From Takakia lepidozioides (Eukaryota; Plantae; Bryophyta): 64,000 nucleotides of DNA. Below, piece by piece: positions 23,518 to 36,670 of this stretch (the stretch's first letter is position 1; every line of letters begins with the position of its first letter). A model generated the notes under the pieces. It made no database searches. It was not told the origin of the DNA and saw nothing but the letters and a program-made list of their open reading frames with translations. The stretch covers positions 72,292,001-72,356,000 of the forward strand of contig CM060732.1 of the NCBI GenBank assembly GCA_030704615.1, given 5' to 3'. Both the position numbers and the translations under genes were made by a program.

Positions 23518-26500
23518 ACTACAGTATCCTTGGCAGAACTTCTAGGTCTAACAGTGAGGGGTCTTCTGCTGAATGGAGGGACACAGTTGGAAAAACTGTT
23601 CCTATGATTCAAAACAGCCCTGATGAACTGGAGTATATTTCAATGGCTTATAATGCTCCCATTAGTTCTTCTGAGATTGTGGAAGCAATTGAACATTTAA
23701 ATGGATATAAAGCTGGTGGACCTGATGGTTTTGTCAACGAGCTTATCAAGCATGGTGGCGATCCCATGATAGAGGCCCTAGTTCTCCTCTTTAACCTTAT
23801 CTGGAAGACTGAAATGATCCCCTTTCGCTGGCGACAGGGGGTCATTGTCAATCTATACAAGAAGACTCTATATCTTGGAAACAGGACTGCCCTGTCAAAC
23901 AGGCTAAGTCCTGGCAGAAGAGAGTAGAAGAGATCCTCGAGGACCTGGACCTGGATCCGCAAGTCTTGACCCTGCTGGATAAATCTGACTTAGAGGCTGT
24001 AGTGTCCTCAGCCATGTCTGTTGCCATGAGATTGTCTGATGAAAATGAAGTTAGGCAGAAAACTTCCCTGAACTTGTTTCCAGTCTGTGACATGGGGGAG
24101 GACATCTTGGATGACCTCAAGGGTCTACCCACTCTCGGCACTAGACTGAAATTTAAACTCAGGGCAGGAAGCCTACCTTTGAACAGCAAACAGAAGCAGA
24201 GAGGAAAGGGAGAGTGCAATTGCCCGTTGTGTGGGCAATCTGAAGACAGGATTCATTTTCTGATACACTGTCCGGGGTTCTCTCACCAAAGAGACGCTCT
24301 CTTCAAATCTATTAAGGGTATTGTGCCTGTACCCCTGTTTACCAACTTTGAAAGTCTTGAGGCTGAGCCAAAAGCCCAGGCCCTCCTGAGGCCTAGTTTT
24401 TGGGCAAATCACACACAGCAGATTGATGCTTGTGTGAAGGGATTTCTAGAGGATATCTGGAAAACCCGGATTAATTCTATATATGGAGGTAAGTCTTACT
24501 ACCAATGTCAGCCCCTGACAGAGGTAGGTTCTGTCCCTTTTGTTCCCACTCAAACTGGGCGCGGGGTCAATGGCCACAAGGCTACGGCAAACAACGTCTT
24601 ATGAGTACAATCTCTCTCTCTCTCTCTCTCTCTCATAACTCTAACCGAGAGGTGGACGTGACTTCGTTCTTAAGTTTGTGGTCCACGTCAGAAAGTTTGG
24701 ATCGGCAGTCATGAGCCCACCATGCCTGAGCCTTGCCTTCCCCGGAAAGGAGATTTACCCAAGAATAACTTCTCACCTACAGTGGACCGCCCTCCAGTGT
24801 GGTCTGCTAGAAGCAATCACGTAGTAACACATGTTGTGAACTCTGAAATTATGGTGAGCAACTTCCTAATGCAAGATTTTCCCTGCTTCTGCGGCAGGAT
24901 CAAAAAAGCATAGAGGCTTATGTTGTAACCACTCAGTAAATGGTGCTCAAGTTTTTCTGGAAGAGTAATATCAGAGTTGGATTAGTTACTGCAATGCAAG
25001 GCCTAGTGAACAATGGTGCTGGAATACACAGCATCAAGCAGTTGCACCGAGTGCATATTGTATTCCATGCTACCTGTGCCACATCAAGATTGTTTCAATT
25101 AATCAATTGATCCATGGTTAAAGTTGTTGTTGTTTTCATGCAGGCATGCAGCATTTGATGGACTCCGTCGCCTGTGCTCTGAACTTCAGGCTGAGGTACT
25201 CTTCTTTTTTGTTTACCCTCCTCACATTCTGTGGAATGAGGGAAGCTTTAATATGCAGCACTGGGATGGTAGTTTTGAAACCAACACGTCCTGGTAGGCC
25301 AAGTCTTTGGCGTTCTTCTGGGTGTGTTTCTTTTCTTAGATGGAGTTGCAAAGGATTGCAATCCTGCCTTGGGTGATGCATCAGTGTGGGCTTTGGTCCT
25401 GATTCACTGGAGAGGCCAATATGTCTAAAGTGCTCCTGAGTATATATAACTGCAAGATAGTACTATTCCTTCAAGTTATAGGTTATACAAGCCGTCCATC
25501 TTTTGGGGCTGTTGGAGGGCTCTCTCTAGTGCTGAGAGTTTCAGTGGCATGAATGGGCTGACTATATCACAAGCAGCTGTCCAGTGTTCAAAGGTTCAAC
25601 GTGCCAGTTAAACATCAAGCATCTGGATTCTCTCAACTTAATATCGTGAAAGGCAGCACTGAAGTCAGATACTAATAAAGAATAGAGCCTAACAAGATTA
25701 GTGCGTCTGTTTCTTGGATGATGGGCTTGTGCACTGCAGCTATTGGATATGCGTCAGTTCACAGTGTTCTATCGCTTTGTCTTTTTCATGTGCCGTGAGC
25801 AAGGGCAGAAAAGCATCTGTAAGTAATTTCAACCTGTTTGTGGATGTGTATTGACAATCCCCATACCGAAGGTAGTGACTGGTGAGAATGAGTCAAGGTC
25901 TTTGATTTAAGACTGGTGGAATGACTAGATTGGTGGCACAGTTTCTGTAGAGTCTAGTGTCTGTAGTGGTGTCAATGGGACCCCTCAGCGGTGATGCATT
26001 GCCGCGTGGTCCTCCAAGGACTTCACACCTTGGCCCATCTTCTTACCAACTTCACCTAATTGTAAGGTCTCATTTCTCCAGAAATGACCTTTCTGATTGT
26101 TTTATACTTTGCAGCGGTCAGTACGGCCATCGATGCCTGGAGGTTATCCTTGACAGGGCGCTTCAGACTCCTTGATCAATGGTGTGCATTTGTTCAGGTA
26201 GCATGCTCCTGCCAATGTCTGATGGATAAGATGGGGATTGCTCTGCCTCTTGAGTGCTGGTCAACATTCTACCTGATAGGTCTTGAACAACATAAGATCA
26301 GTTTGTCTAAACACATGCCCGTGTTTATGAGTATGAATGTATATAATACTCCAAATCCACTGTTGGGAGCTGATAAAGTCAGTAGGGAGTTGAAGCAGCT
26401 ATCTTGAGGGTCTGATACTTGTGAGTGACATGATTAGGTTACAATACACTCTTCTAGTCATTACGTGTGAAGTATTGAGTCTACTCTCCTACTCAAATGG

Positions 26501-28185
26501 ATATCAATGGCACTCCTGGAGGTGTTCCATTTGGGTAGTCGGAAGTTGCCAGAAAGATTGTGTTTCCATTACAAACCTGAGCTCTTGAGTTGTATTTTAC
26601 TAAGACTGCTCTGATAACTGTTGTAAACACGTAACCTCTCGTGAGGTAGAGCCATTGTTCATTATCACCAGGCAGTGAGGTGAGGTTGTCCCCACTGGCT
26701 TCACACTTTTGACATATGGTCAGTGGATGTGAAGGTGCATCAGCGGCATGCAATTTCAGAGGACACATGGCGACAAGTGCTGGAGTTTAGCCGCAGTGTG
26801 CACGAAGATCTTAGCAACTATGACCAAGAAGGTTGGCTTCTTTTGGGGCTGCTGAATAGTAACCCTTCTGGCCTAACTTTGATTATAGAGCTTCTGTCAT
26901 GCTCTACTGACACATCTATCTGTATATGGCATGTGAGTGAGTAGAGTTTGCTGTATATCTGTGTGCAGCAGTGCTACAACCTGGGTTCTGCAGTCCTTAA
27001 TGATGATCTTCCTGTGATGCATGCTATGTCCAATGCAGGTGCCTGGCCAGTACTAGTGGATGAGTTCGTTGACAACATGTACAGGTATCTCTCATGTACT
27101 TGTGATGACACACTGGTAGAACTGCCATAAAAATTGCTAGCCTTTCATATGAGTTCCGGCTTGTGGATCCACTTCACCCTTTCTGTCTTCCCAGTTATTT
27201 GTGTGTATGAAGTGTGCTCAAAAGTCTCACCTGGCTGTATTTTGTGGCTGGGGTGCTTCATTTATTTGGAAAAGGTTTGAGCTGAGAATGAGATGTCTAC
27301 ATGTGTCTCCCAATTACAGGGTTTCTGCTGTGACCTCAGATGTATTCCTGAAATGGTTCTTCCTGATTGGTTTTTTCCCTGCTAAATGACGGGATGAAAC
27401 ATCACATGCATGGTACAGGAAATTTGCTTGTTCTCGTTGCAGCATGGACCCAGCCAATGTGTGCGATTGTGGAATCGATGGATTGACTAATGTTGCACCT
27501 GACGACAGTTCTATCCTCCCCAACCGCGTCACCACTCTTCCAGGTGAAATAGTGTGGTGTTTGCATGCCATGTAATCTAACCTCTGTTGTAGCCAGTTGG
27601 AATGCCAAGGAAAATTGGTTTGAGTTGGCTATGAAGATTATCATATGGTTTGAGATGGTTTCACTGAACATTTTGTCTTTGTCTGAGTATCCTGTCATCT
27701 TTCAAGGGATCCTGCTCACAAAATTCTTTTAGTCTCCTTGTGAATTATTATTGATGGGACACTGTTGTTACACAGTGGAGCTCTATTAATCAACTCAATT
27801 TTGCAACTAAAAAAGTGTGCCACGGGATTACAATCTATGTTATGAGTTGAGATGGATTTTGTCTGCTCGCACAGGAATGGCAGCATCCGCAGGGAGCAAG
27901 CGGCGACGGAAGGATCCTAAAGAGGAAGCTGCCCAAGCAGAATCTGTGAACTGTATTGCAGTGAGGTTGGCCGAGATGTCAACTCCATTGAGTTCTAAGC
28001 GACTGCGTACAAGTGGGTGCTTGGTAGAAGTTTCCGACCCCATGGAAGGGATTGATGCAGAAGTGCAGCAGGCACAAGCGCTGTTGGAGGGGCGTGACCA
28101 GTCAGATCAATTCATGCAAGCCTCTGGCAGCATCCAGGTGGGTCCTTCTGAGAGCAAAACATTTGATGGAAACCTCGAAATGTAA
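23073..28185 (+). CDS. AAR3: DCN1-like (cullin neddylation) protein, AAR3-type (multi-exon; 3' end uncertain)
   Basis: Spliced exons give ...MWDMYVEYA / DISTADEV... / HAAFDGLRRLCSELQAE / LLDMRQFTVFYRFVFFMCREQGQKSI / SVSTAIDAWRLSLTGRFRLLDQWCAFVQ / VHQRHAISEDTWRQVLEFSRSVHEDLSNYDQE / GAWPVLVDEFVDNMYR / ... / GMAASAGSKRR. This is the cullin-binding (PONY) domain with the AAR3-specific pattern. Start is ATG 23073 or 23082. Confidence 0.88.
23521..24610 (+). mobile_element. Internally deleted LINE (same family as 10436-11989) in an AAR3 intron, flanked by (CT)n
   Basis: KAGGPDGFVNELIKHGG...IPFRWRQGVIVNLYKK (RT domain 0) joins directly to post-RT sequence at ~23864. C-terminal zinc knuckle CPLCGQSEDRIHFLIHC. 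(CA)n(CT)n lies on the left and (TC)n on the right. Confidence 0.85.
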
Positions 28186-31100
28186 GCTGGTGCTGCTGCT
28201 TAACTGACTTTGGCTGTTTATAGTAGCCTTATGGGTTGCTTTTAGCAACTGGGAAGTAGTAGCGCACAAGTCTCGGTTTGCTATTGGCTGTTTCGGGCCT
28301 CAATAAGTTCACCCTACCCGCTTAGGTTAAAGTCTGGATGTGGCTGTCCTCAAATCTGTGGGAATTTCTAATTTTCTTTTAAAGTTGGAAACTGCGCTGC
28401 AGAGCTTAGCACTAGCCCACGTCTAGTTTACCTACTTCCAGTCCTTGATTGACATGAGTGAGGGAGAATCCAATCCAACGAGCACCGGCATAGAAGGGCC
28501 TCCCTTTGGACTTCCAAGAAGCTTGAATCACGGGTTTTGGAGTTCGTGTTTGGTTCTCCGATCCAAACGACTGTTCACGGAATGGGAACAAAACACGGGT
28601 GATGCTGAGGGATTTTGCAATTGGTTTAGCATTTGAATCTAGGGAGTTGGTGCTGACAGTGCTGGGATAGATGCACCACTTAATCAGAAGCAAATTAGCT
28701 AGCCAGTGAGTACCATGTTGGGGTATTCGTATTGTTTTTCAAGTGAAAGGTGATGTGCAATTAGATGACTCCTTGACAAAGGACTAGAAAAGGTTCTTGT
28801 AGTGTTGTTGTACTCATTACAAGGCTACATGACTGCTTTCAGGGCTTCCCAGGACACGTCAACCGAGGAGGCTATGATGTCCTATCATCTTGGCCAAGCC
28901 TTGGCAGAGTGGATAAAGTCCGCATGGGTCAAATTGGTCAGGCCAATATGGTGCCTGCAGGAGCCTTCGCTCTTGCTCGATTCCCAGCAAGATGCTGATC
29001 TTTCAGCTGTGAAGCCAGCTCTTGTGGCAGTCTCTTTCTCAGGCTATATGCCCCATTGTTTTGATACATCTCGATGAGCAAAATCCTTTGGTGTAAGTAC
29101 ACAGTAGTGCCCCTTGAGGGATATTCTTGTAGAAAAAGTGGCTTGATATGCTCACTTGAGCATTGCTGAAGGGTAGAACTACAGTAATAAAGGTTAAACC
29201 TGACTGATTCGATGTGGATGTTGTTGTGGGACAATACTGAATGCTTGAGCCTGCAAACCTTTATGTGTGAGGGATCTCATCTCACAGTAGGCTAAGGTCA
29301 GTTGTAATAGGCTGGCTATCCTGCCTGCAGTTTAACGAAGAGAAATTTAACTCTTTTATGTCTTGTCCTCCTCTCAGAATAATAAGTGTTCTGATGGCTT
29401 TTTTGACTGGATCACAGTTTTGTATTGAGTTGTGGTTGGTGAGGCGAGAGAAAAAATCAATTCAACACTTTCACCGAGCAGAGATCATGACCCCCATCTT
29501 AAGTTGGAAACCAATGTGGACAGCTTCCAATGCACAGAGAGCTAAGACTTGTAACAGATGGACCCTTTTTGCTGATGGCAAGGGTGGTCCGTTCTTCGGA
29601 ATGTCCGGGGTTGACACCCACCATTTCGCTTGTGTCCTTCAACTTGATTAGTATGTAAAGCTCTTGTTTGATGTTGAGGTTATACTAACCAAGCGCTCTT
29701 GCACTGCCTGTAGATTGCCTTTCTAACTTTCAACAAAGACTTCAAAATGGCCTGCCTGTGGTGGATTAGAGATTTTGGATTGTTCAGGAGTTACTGCAAC
29801 ATTCAGGGGATGTGTACTTTAGTGACAGGCAAGAGGCCCTTTGATGGTCAGTGAAGGTACTGTTGCTTGACCAGCTCCTGTGCCTCGACTGCCCAGTAAG
29901 GGAACGGGATTCCTGAGTGAGGAATTCTTTTCAGAAAGATCATTCAACCATTCCTTCAGGTCTAAGTGACAAGTGGGGATGAATCGCACATGCCATGAAT
30001 CTGGAAGGAAAATTTCCTTGCTCATGAGTGTATGACAATTGTCCCCCGGTCCTACGGATGCTAATTTGGATTCTTGTCTTAGGCTACCGTTGGGAACGAG
30101 ACATTGAAGTTGTCTCAAGATGCCTTTCTGTGAGGAAGTCTTGAGTAAAATCTGTGGAGGCCATCAAATGTACAGCTGAGCCATTCCAGCCAGGCTGAAC
30201 CTTCAGGTATATATACGATCGGGTTAAGTAGAACCTCAAACTTTCAGAACTTTAACTGAACACACAAAACCAATCTTGAGTGGATCTTCATGGGAGGATC
30301 AATGTGACTCATGTTGATTGCAATTACACAATGATTTATTCACGCTGACTAATCAAAGTTGGGACTCAACCACAGGACATGCAATAAAGCTGGCAAGCTA
30401 GGATTGCTCACCTCATACACGCAACAGACCACCCCTTTCTTGGATATGAACATTCATCAACGCAACCTTGTCATTTGAGTGTTCTTGTCACGCAACAAAG
30501 CCATGCTCTATATATCTGTCAAAGATGAAGAAACATTGGAAGTAGATCCACAGTCTGGCTGCAATTGTTCCTCAAAACTGAATGATGAAAACAGACTGGA
30601 ACCTCAAATGGATGGAACCCTCCTGACTGCACAGGACCAAAGCACCAAAGCATGATACATTGGTGATATACCATATGGTGGGGAAAGTGGGGCCCTTTCT
30701 TGAATCTTTTTGAAGCTACAACGTCTTTCACTTGACATTTTGTTGTGCTTGGGCTAAGTGAGCCTGCTCTGATTATCACTTTGTTGGGGCTGAGCTGCAA
30801 AGGCTTTGCAAGCTGGTAAAAAAAGCTTTCTATTGGCATCTTTGACCTGAAGACACCTAAAGATCACCATGTGATATTTGAAATTGTCAGTTGGGTGACC
30901 CTTGCATCACCTTGGCATCTTCCATGCTTGATGTTCGGCTCACTGTGTATTAGTCCTAATTCTAGAACATTTTAGTGTATTATCAGCTCATATTCTCTGT
31001 AATACCATCGATATAGCGCCGATATGACACTGTATCGCGATACTTTGTGATTCCGATAAACTGTCTTTACCCGATATTGGATGGAATTGTTGGATGAAAT

Positions 31101-32575
31101 TTCTGGATGACTAGAAGGAGTTAGAGGCGGTTGCAAAAGTTGTTGGAACGAACTTGCTATAATTGAGCTGCTGTCAAAGCAATCGATGTCAGATGAGCCA
31201 TAGAGCCGCGGAGAGAGAGAGAGAGAGAGAGAGAGTGTGTGTGAGTAGGATATAGGTGATAGTACTATAGTTATTCATCAATGGTAGAGTAGCTCTGCAA
31301 TACTGTACTTGTTATTATTTGCGAGTAAAAGAAGGAAAAGAAAGAGATTTGGAAATGCATATTCTGTTGAAGAGATATATGGAATGAAAGATTGAATGAG
31401 GAGTCAAAAAAGAAGTTATGGAATTTTGGAATGTGAAATGAATTATAGTTGAAGTGTTAAATTGCAATGCTTTGCGTGAGATAGAGAGAATGAGCATCAA
31501 TAAGAGGACAGAAGATGGTTCCTCAGAGTTAATTGTTGGATTGCCAGACAATATAACGATAGAGATATTCAAGATATGTTGTAGTGATATTGAAGCCCAC
31601 CCCCGAAAGGGGGCAGTAGCCGTAAGGCAAAGTGGCTCTTACTTACGCAAGTTTCGGCCGGAGTCCTCTCTCTCTCTAGTGATATTCGATTAGAGCTTGT
31701 CAAGAAAGGGTGGTATAGATTGGCCCTGTACAAAGCAGATTATTGGAGACAGAATTTGGTAGAAAAATGGTACCTAGTTTCTGCTGATGGTAGAGAGTTA
31801 ATAGAAGATGGGGATAATATCTATGAAACTGGGAGAGTATTATTGCGTTAGATGAAGACGATTGGTGGTAGAAATCATTCTGCTAGAGTAGATTAGCACC
31901 ATTATTTTACGAGCGTATAGTGCTTTCCCTGCGAACGAACTCTCGACTGATTAATTCTTCTTTTAGGATTAATTATAGTTTTTATTCTATATCTTTTTGG
32001 CGCCGCGGCCGGGGAAAGACGACGCGGTTTGAAATAATGATTCTCTAGATTCTGTTTTATTGGTGGGGCTTCTTGAGAAGGACGAGATGACGGGGGAGGT
32101 CATTCGTAACGGTAAGGTGCAACAACCTGGTTTCAAGTTGTGTCCATATTGCAATCCACGGAATCGTCATGAACGCACAATCGCCACAATGTTTCAGGAA
32201 TAAGAAAGAAGAAGATAAAAAGATTTAATCCTTTGGATCAGGTTCGAGTAAAGACCGGCGATAGACAAGAAGGACCAGATACGATTGCCACCTGACTGGA
32301 AGCGTCGATCAACGATACTTTGAATTGTGCATTGCAGGGAAGCAAGGAGGGTGCATCGTGGTTTCTATATGGAAGAGAGGAGTATGGGGTACGAGGGAGT
32401 CCCACGGAAGGAAGGCGCATCAAGCTAAGGCCAGGGCTGATCGAGCGGCAATAAGAGCATCACGTCGTGCTGCATCGACAGCTGCTCAATTAACTGTAGT
32501 ATCGCACCCTCTATTGCGGCTATATCGTTGCCTAATGTCGGCGTGTATTGCTAATAATACCATGACGGAGGATTG

Positions 32576-32756
32576 TATGGATATTGCCTTTGTCAATACC
32601 AGCCTATGTAAGGTATTGACCAGTATGCAAAAGAAAAAAACCTACTTGTTGTTTGGGATGATTTAACAATGCCGATTACAACTATGGAGTATTTCAGTGG
32701 TTTATGTTTATATTTTACCAATGTCTAGACTCTTTTGGCTTATATAAGCCCCCCCT
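32576..32756 (+). repeat. Duplicate of the Hog-gene upstream/promoter region
   Basis: ~155 bp near-identical to 35906-36060 (GGATATTGCCTT...TGTCTAGACT), followed by TATATAAGCCCCCC as at ~36284. Confidence 0.85.
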
Positions 32757-32759
32757 AAG

Positions 32760-33530
32760 GATTGCACTTGGACTAATTAGATGACATTGGACACATGGGC
32801 CAACGGCACAGACTACCCTAGAAAGAAATAAATTGACAACAATGATTGGCCCTGGGCTTAGATGGGGTCCGACAGAGGAGACGCACATGGGAGACGCCCT
32901 CGGATATATAGGAGATTGCACTTGGGGTTAGATGACACTGGACACTTGGATAGGGGATTGCACTTGGACTTAGATTACACTGGACATCTGGGCCAATGCA
33001 CAGGTTACCCTAGTCAATATATGAATTGAGACGTTTGTTTTGTTTGTTTGGTCACGTTGAGATGTCCCAAACCACGGGCCCAGCCCTGGTAATTGGTACC
33101 ATTGGAAAGTCGTCGACGAGAAGGGGTGCATCGGCTTGGTCTCATAATTTTTGGACCTGCGGTGTGGGAGATGTGGAATTTCAAGTACTTTTGGTCGTTG
33201 GAAATTCGCGAAAAATAGCAAAGTGGGCATTCATGGGACAATGGTTGGAGCCTCGACAGGAGAGATATCAAGGGAAAGGTCTCCGGTTCAAATCTGGTCG
33301 TAGGCTCTGTGGAAAAAAAATGATGAGATATGGCTAAAACAAGTACTTTGGGTCACTGGACAATGATTGGAGCCTCAACATGAGAGATATCAAGGGAAAG
33401 GTTTCATGGTCAAATTTGGTCGTAGGCTCTGTGGAAAAAAAATGATTACATATGGCTTGCTTCATATATTGATGCACTTGGACTTAGATGACACTGGACA
33501 CTTGGGCCAACGGTACAGGCTACCTTAGTT
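32760..33530. repeat. Degenerate tandem/dispersed repeats (CACTTGGAC-TTAGAT-ACACTGGACAC units; duplication of roughly 120-150 bp at 33180-33460)
   Basis: Repeated ATTGCACTTGGAC..TTAGATGACACTGGACAC. Two copies of GAGATATCAAGGGAAAGG...GGTCGTAGGCTCTGTGGAAAAAAAATGA. Confidence 0.7.
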
Positions 33531-33962
33531 CAAAACTTTAAAAAAAAAAACTCAAAAACGACGCCCAAGTCGTCGCTCCCAAACAGCGACCCCTAGGGCG
33601 TCGCATTTAAAAAACAATGTTTTGTTTGGTTTTTGTTTTTTGTTTTTTTTGTTTTTGTTTTTCCTCCGGTATGGCTATAGCGACGCTCTGGGCATCGCAG
33701 TCATTGAGACGCCCCAGGCGTCGCAAGTGGGGATTTTCAGGGAGGGTTTGGATCTGCGACCCCCAAGGCGTCGCCTTAAGTCCTGCATCTGCAACCAACC
33801 ACCCAAACCACCGCCCCCCCCCCCCCCCCCCTCCCCCTCCCCTCCCCTCCCCTCCCTCGAACGGTGTAGTGGCTGGACATGCCCTGGCCCTATGCACCAT
33901 CCCAACTTCATACGTATAGTCCAGTGTTGAGAGGGTATATCCGGGTAAGGTTATCCATATAT

Positions 33963-34618
33963 GCCTCTCATTTTTTAATAATTGGGACTTGAATGCACCT
34001 ATGGGCCCCGCCAGGCCCATGGGATGAGCTCATGAACCCACCCCCCTTTCACCGGGTCTAGATTCTGAATTTTTTCTAAGTCCTAGTTCTTTAACGGCAG
34101 CGGACCTTCTAGCGGACTGGCCAAACCCTCACAGACTGACTCCAACTCGCGAGCGGATTGACTTAGTCCGCCGGACTGGCGAGCGGTCTCACCAGCAGAC
34201 TGACGATTGAAGAGCGGACTGACCAACAACGGACTCCAATTGGCGAGCGCATCACTCCAACCTTCAAACCCTCCTCAAACAAAATATATATTTATAATTA
34301 ACAAAACATTACCACCGCAATGTCACCTGCCAGGATTTGAACAATAAACCTCACCTTCATCACAAATTGCTTTTTACCATCACACTAGCCACTGCATTCA
34401 ACAAATCTTTAAAATAATTAATTATTTATCTACATATTTCAGGTGTTTTGTGGGGCCAACAGACTCGCTCCTTCCCTTGCGCACCCCCAAGGGCGGCTCA
34501 CCCTGGTCCTGCCGGGTAGGGGTCGGCCCACCCTGCCCGACCCCTATGCCACTCGCGGGCCCCGCCACAACCACACATGCCCCATTCAAGTCCCAATTAT
34601 CAAACAATGAGAAGCCCC
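33963..34618. mobile_element. Nested TIR element (~35-bp imperfect TIR; superfamily unclear)
   Basis: CTCATT..TT.ATAATTGGGACTTGAATG at the left and CATTCAAGTCCCAATTAT.AA..AATGAG at the right. AT-rich flanks; TSD ambiguous. Confidence 0.6.
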
Positions 34619-34974
34619 ATATATACCCGGACTCGCATTTTGTTTAACCGGACCCGGACCCTTACGAAGGGTATCATTTATGTTTTCCCCAGACCTGGAC
34701 CGGGATGAAGGGTAAAGCATCAGCATTTATCCGACCCTTAGGGCGGGTAATGCTTTTCTTGGCGGGTAATGGAATCCCCCTAATGGGCTTGCTGACCTAT
34801 GGTCTTGAGCCCATGTCATTCGATTGCCATTAAATGTATCTCAAGGACGAATTGCAAATCCCAAAGCATTAAATAGGTACAAGTGGTTTTCTAGGCTGCT
34901 TCATTGCGTTACACATGTATGTTGGACCTATATTTTGTTTTTACACTCTTGGGATTGAAACTTAGTTTCTTAAC

Positions 34975-35470
34975 CAGTGTTGGTCTGGTATCAGGTTTAG
35001 GACATACCGGACTCATCCTGGTACCAGCCCCATCACACAGCTTTCATATCAGTCTGGTCTATATAATGGTGGATGTATTTTTTTCCAGATACTGGTATGA
35101 GTATGAGTATCATGACCACAATACCAGCTGGTATGAGATATCAATTCTGGTATCATCTTGACTTATAAATTTATCAAATATCAAGTGAAAACAAATACAA
35201 TAAAACATAAATTAAATATAAATAAGTACATGTATGTACACATAAATTAATATAATACACATACCAAAGGAACTGAGGAAGATGGCGGGGGGGGGGGGGG
35301 GCTGGTATTGTGGTTCGTATGAGAAAAACGGATACCAGCCTGGTCTAGTATATGACCTGGTATGTACAACTTAAGACCAGGCTGGTCTGGTCTTTGATAC
35401 CAGGGTTGATACCAGCGTTGATACTTGGGTCTGATAACCATACCAGAATACCCATACCATACCAACAGTG
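34975..35470. mobile_element. Nested hAT MITE
   Basis: TIR CAGTGTTGGTCTGGTAT / ATACCATACCAACAGTG. Perfect 8-bp TSD TTCTTAAC (34967-34974, 35471-35478). TGGTAT/ATACCA motifs throughout. Confidence 0.9.
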
Positions 35471-36282
35471 TTCTTAACACTGATTTATTTTGCGCAAGTT
35501 ATATTTTGAAATATATTCCATTTTAATTTCTTCTTGTTAGAATCTCATTGGTTTATACTGGTTACATTGCCAATTCATCTGAAATCCTTAGGGAAATTGT
35601 CATTTATCCTACCCTTACCCTACCTAAACTTATATTAATATGGCGGGTAATACCAAATTATCCGGACCCGTTAAATAACCTTACCCTTAGGTTATATTTT
35701 GAGAGTACCCAGTTATACCCTGACCCAGGGTGTTCTACAAATGTGCATTACCTGGAACCGACCCGTACTTTCCATTTGAAAAATAATAATACCCTGACCC
35801 GACGGATAAATCTTTTCTCAAAATTCAGGTTACCCTTCCCCTAAGGATAAATAAAAATTCAATACCCGCTCAACACTGGTATAGTCTTTGTTTTTGCCCA
35901 CAATACGGATATTGCCTTCTGTCAATACCAGCCTATGTAAGGTATTGACCAATATGCAAAAGACAAAACTTACTTGTTGTTTGGGATGATTTAACAATGT
36001 CGATTACAACTATGGAGTATTTCAGTGGTTTATGTTTACGTTCTACCAATGTCTAGACTTCTTTTTGCATCACTAGCCTACATAATGAAAAAGATTTCAT
36101 GTAAAGATTCCAAGGATCCCTTGGAAGAAGAAGACTCATGATGAAGAAAAACCCAAGCAAAAGAAGACACCCTTGAAACCATCATAAGATATGATCAACC
36201 ACATGTGATTTATTAATATGTAAAACAATATTGGGATTTTTGTCAAATTCTTCATTGGATGCACATGGTGGCAGTTTGTGAC

Positions 36283-36297
36283 TATATAAGCCCCCCT
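36283..36297 (+). promoter_or_regulatory. TATA box of the Hog-domain gene
   Basis: CTATATAAGCCCCCC about 390 bp upstream of the ATG. A probable 5'-UTR intron (GTAAGT ~36416 ... TGCAG ~36623) lies between. Confidence 0.55.
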
Positions 36298-36670
36298 CTC
36301 AGGAGTGGCCTTATGTCAACTGTCAATAATATTGTGGACACTTGCCAATTCAAATGCAGGGATATCCTTGATACTTGTATCTTATTACTTAGAAGTAAGG
36401 AGAGGCGTCCATGAAGTAAGTCTCTATCTTTCTTATAAATATATACTTATGTGTACAATGAGATTGAGAAGTTTTGGGTCTATTTATTCAGAAGTATTAA
36501 GATATGATGTGTGCACAAAATGATGTAAAAGTTATTATTTATATGTATAATCACATTAATGTTGTTTAGCTTGCAATGATGCATAATAATCTCAAATTGT
36601 TATGATTGTCTTACGAAGTGCAGGTGAGTGCGGTGAGTCATTTGAACACACTTTGCCAAATTTTGATCGA

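Larger units (their letters stand above)
33922..35878. mobile_element. Non-autonomous hAT element carrying two nested TIR elements
   Basis: TIR CAGTGTTGAG(A/C)GGGTAT. Perfect 8-bp TSD GTATAGTC (33914-33921, 35879-35886). ACCCG/CGGGT subterminal motifs. Confidence 0.9.

Noticed and set aside
28400-30900. Additional AAR3 exons or a separate gene
   Set aside because: Short ORFs with no similarity I can recognise; splice path unsupported.
30970-32563. Possible old hAT-like element (weak GTATTAT.AGC terminal similarity, CGATA motifs, a CPYC remnant)
   Set aside because: No convincing TIR, TSD or transposase frame.
34321-34390. tRNA gene on the minus strand
   Set aside because: A/B-box-like motifs are present, but no cloverleaf or anticodon arm. 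It is a tRNA-like remnant inside a MITE.
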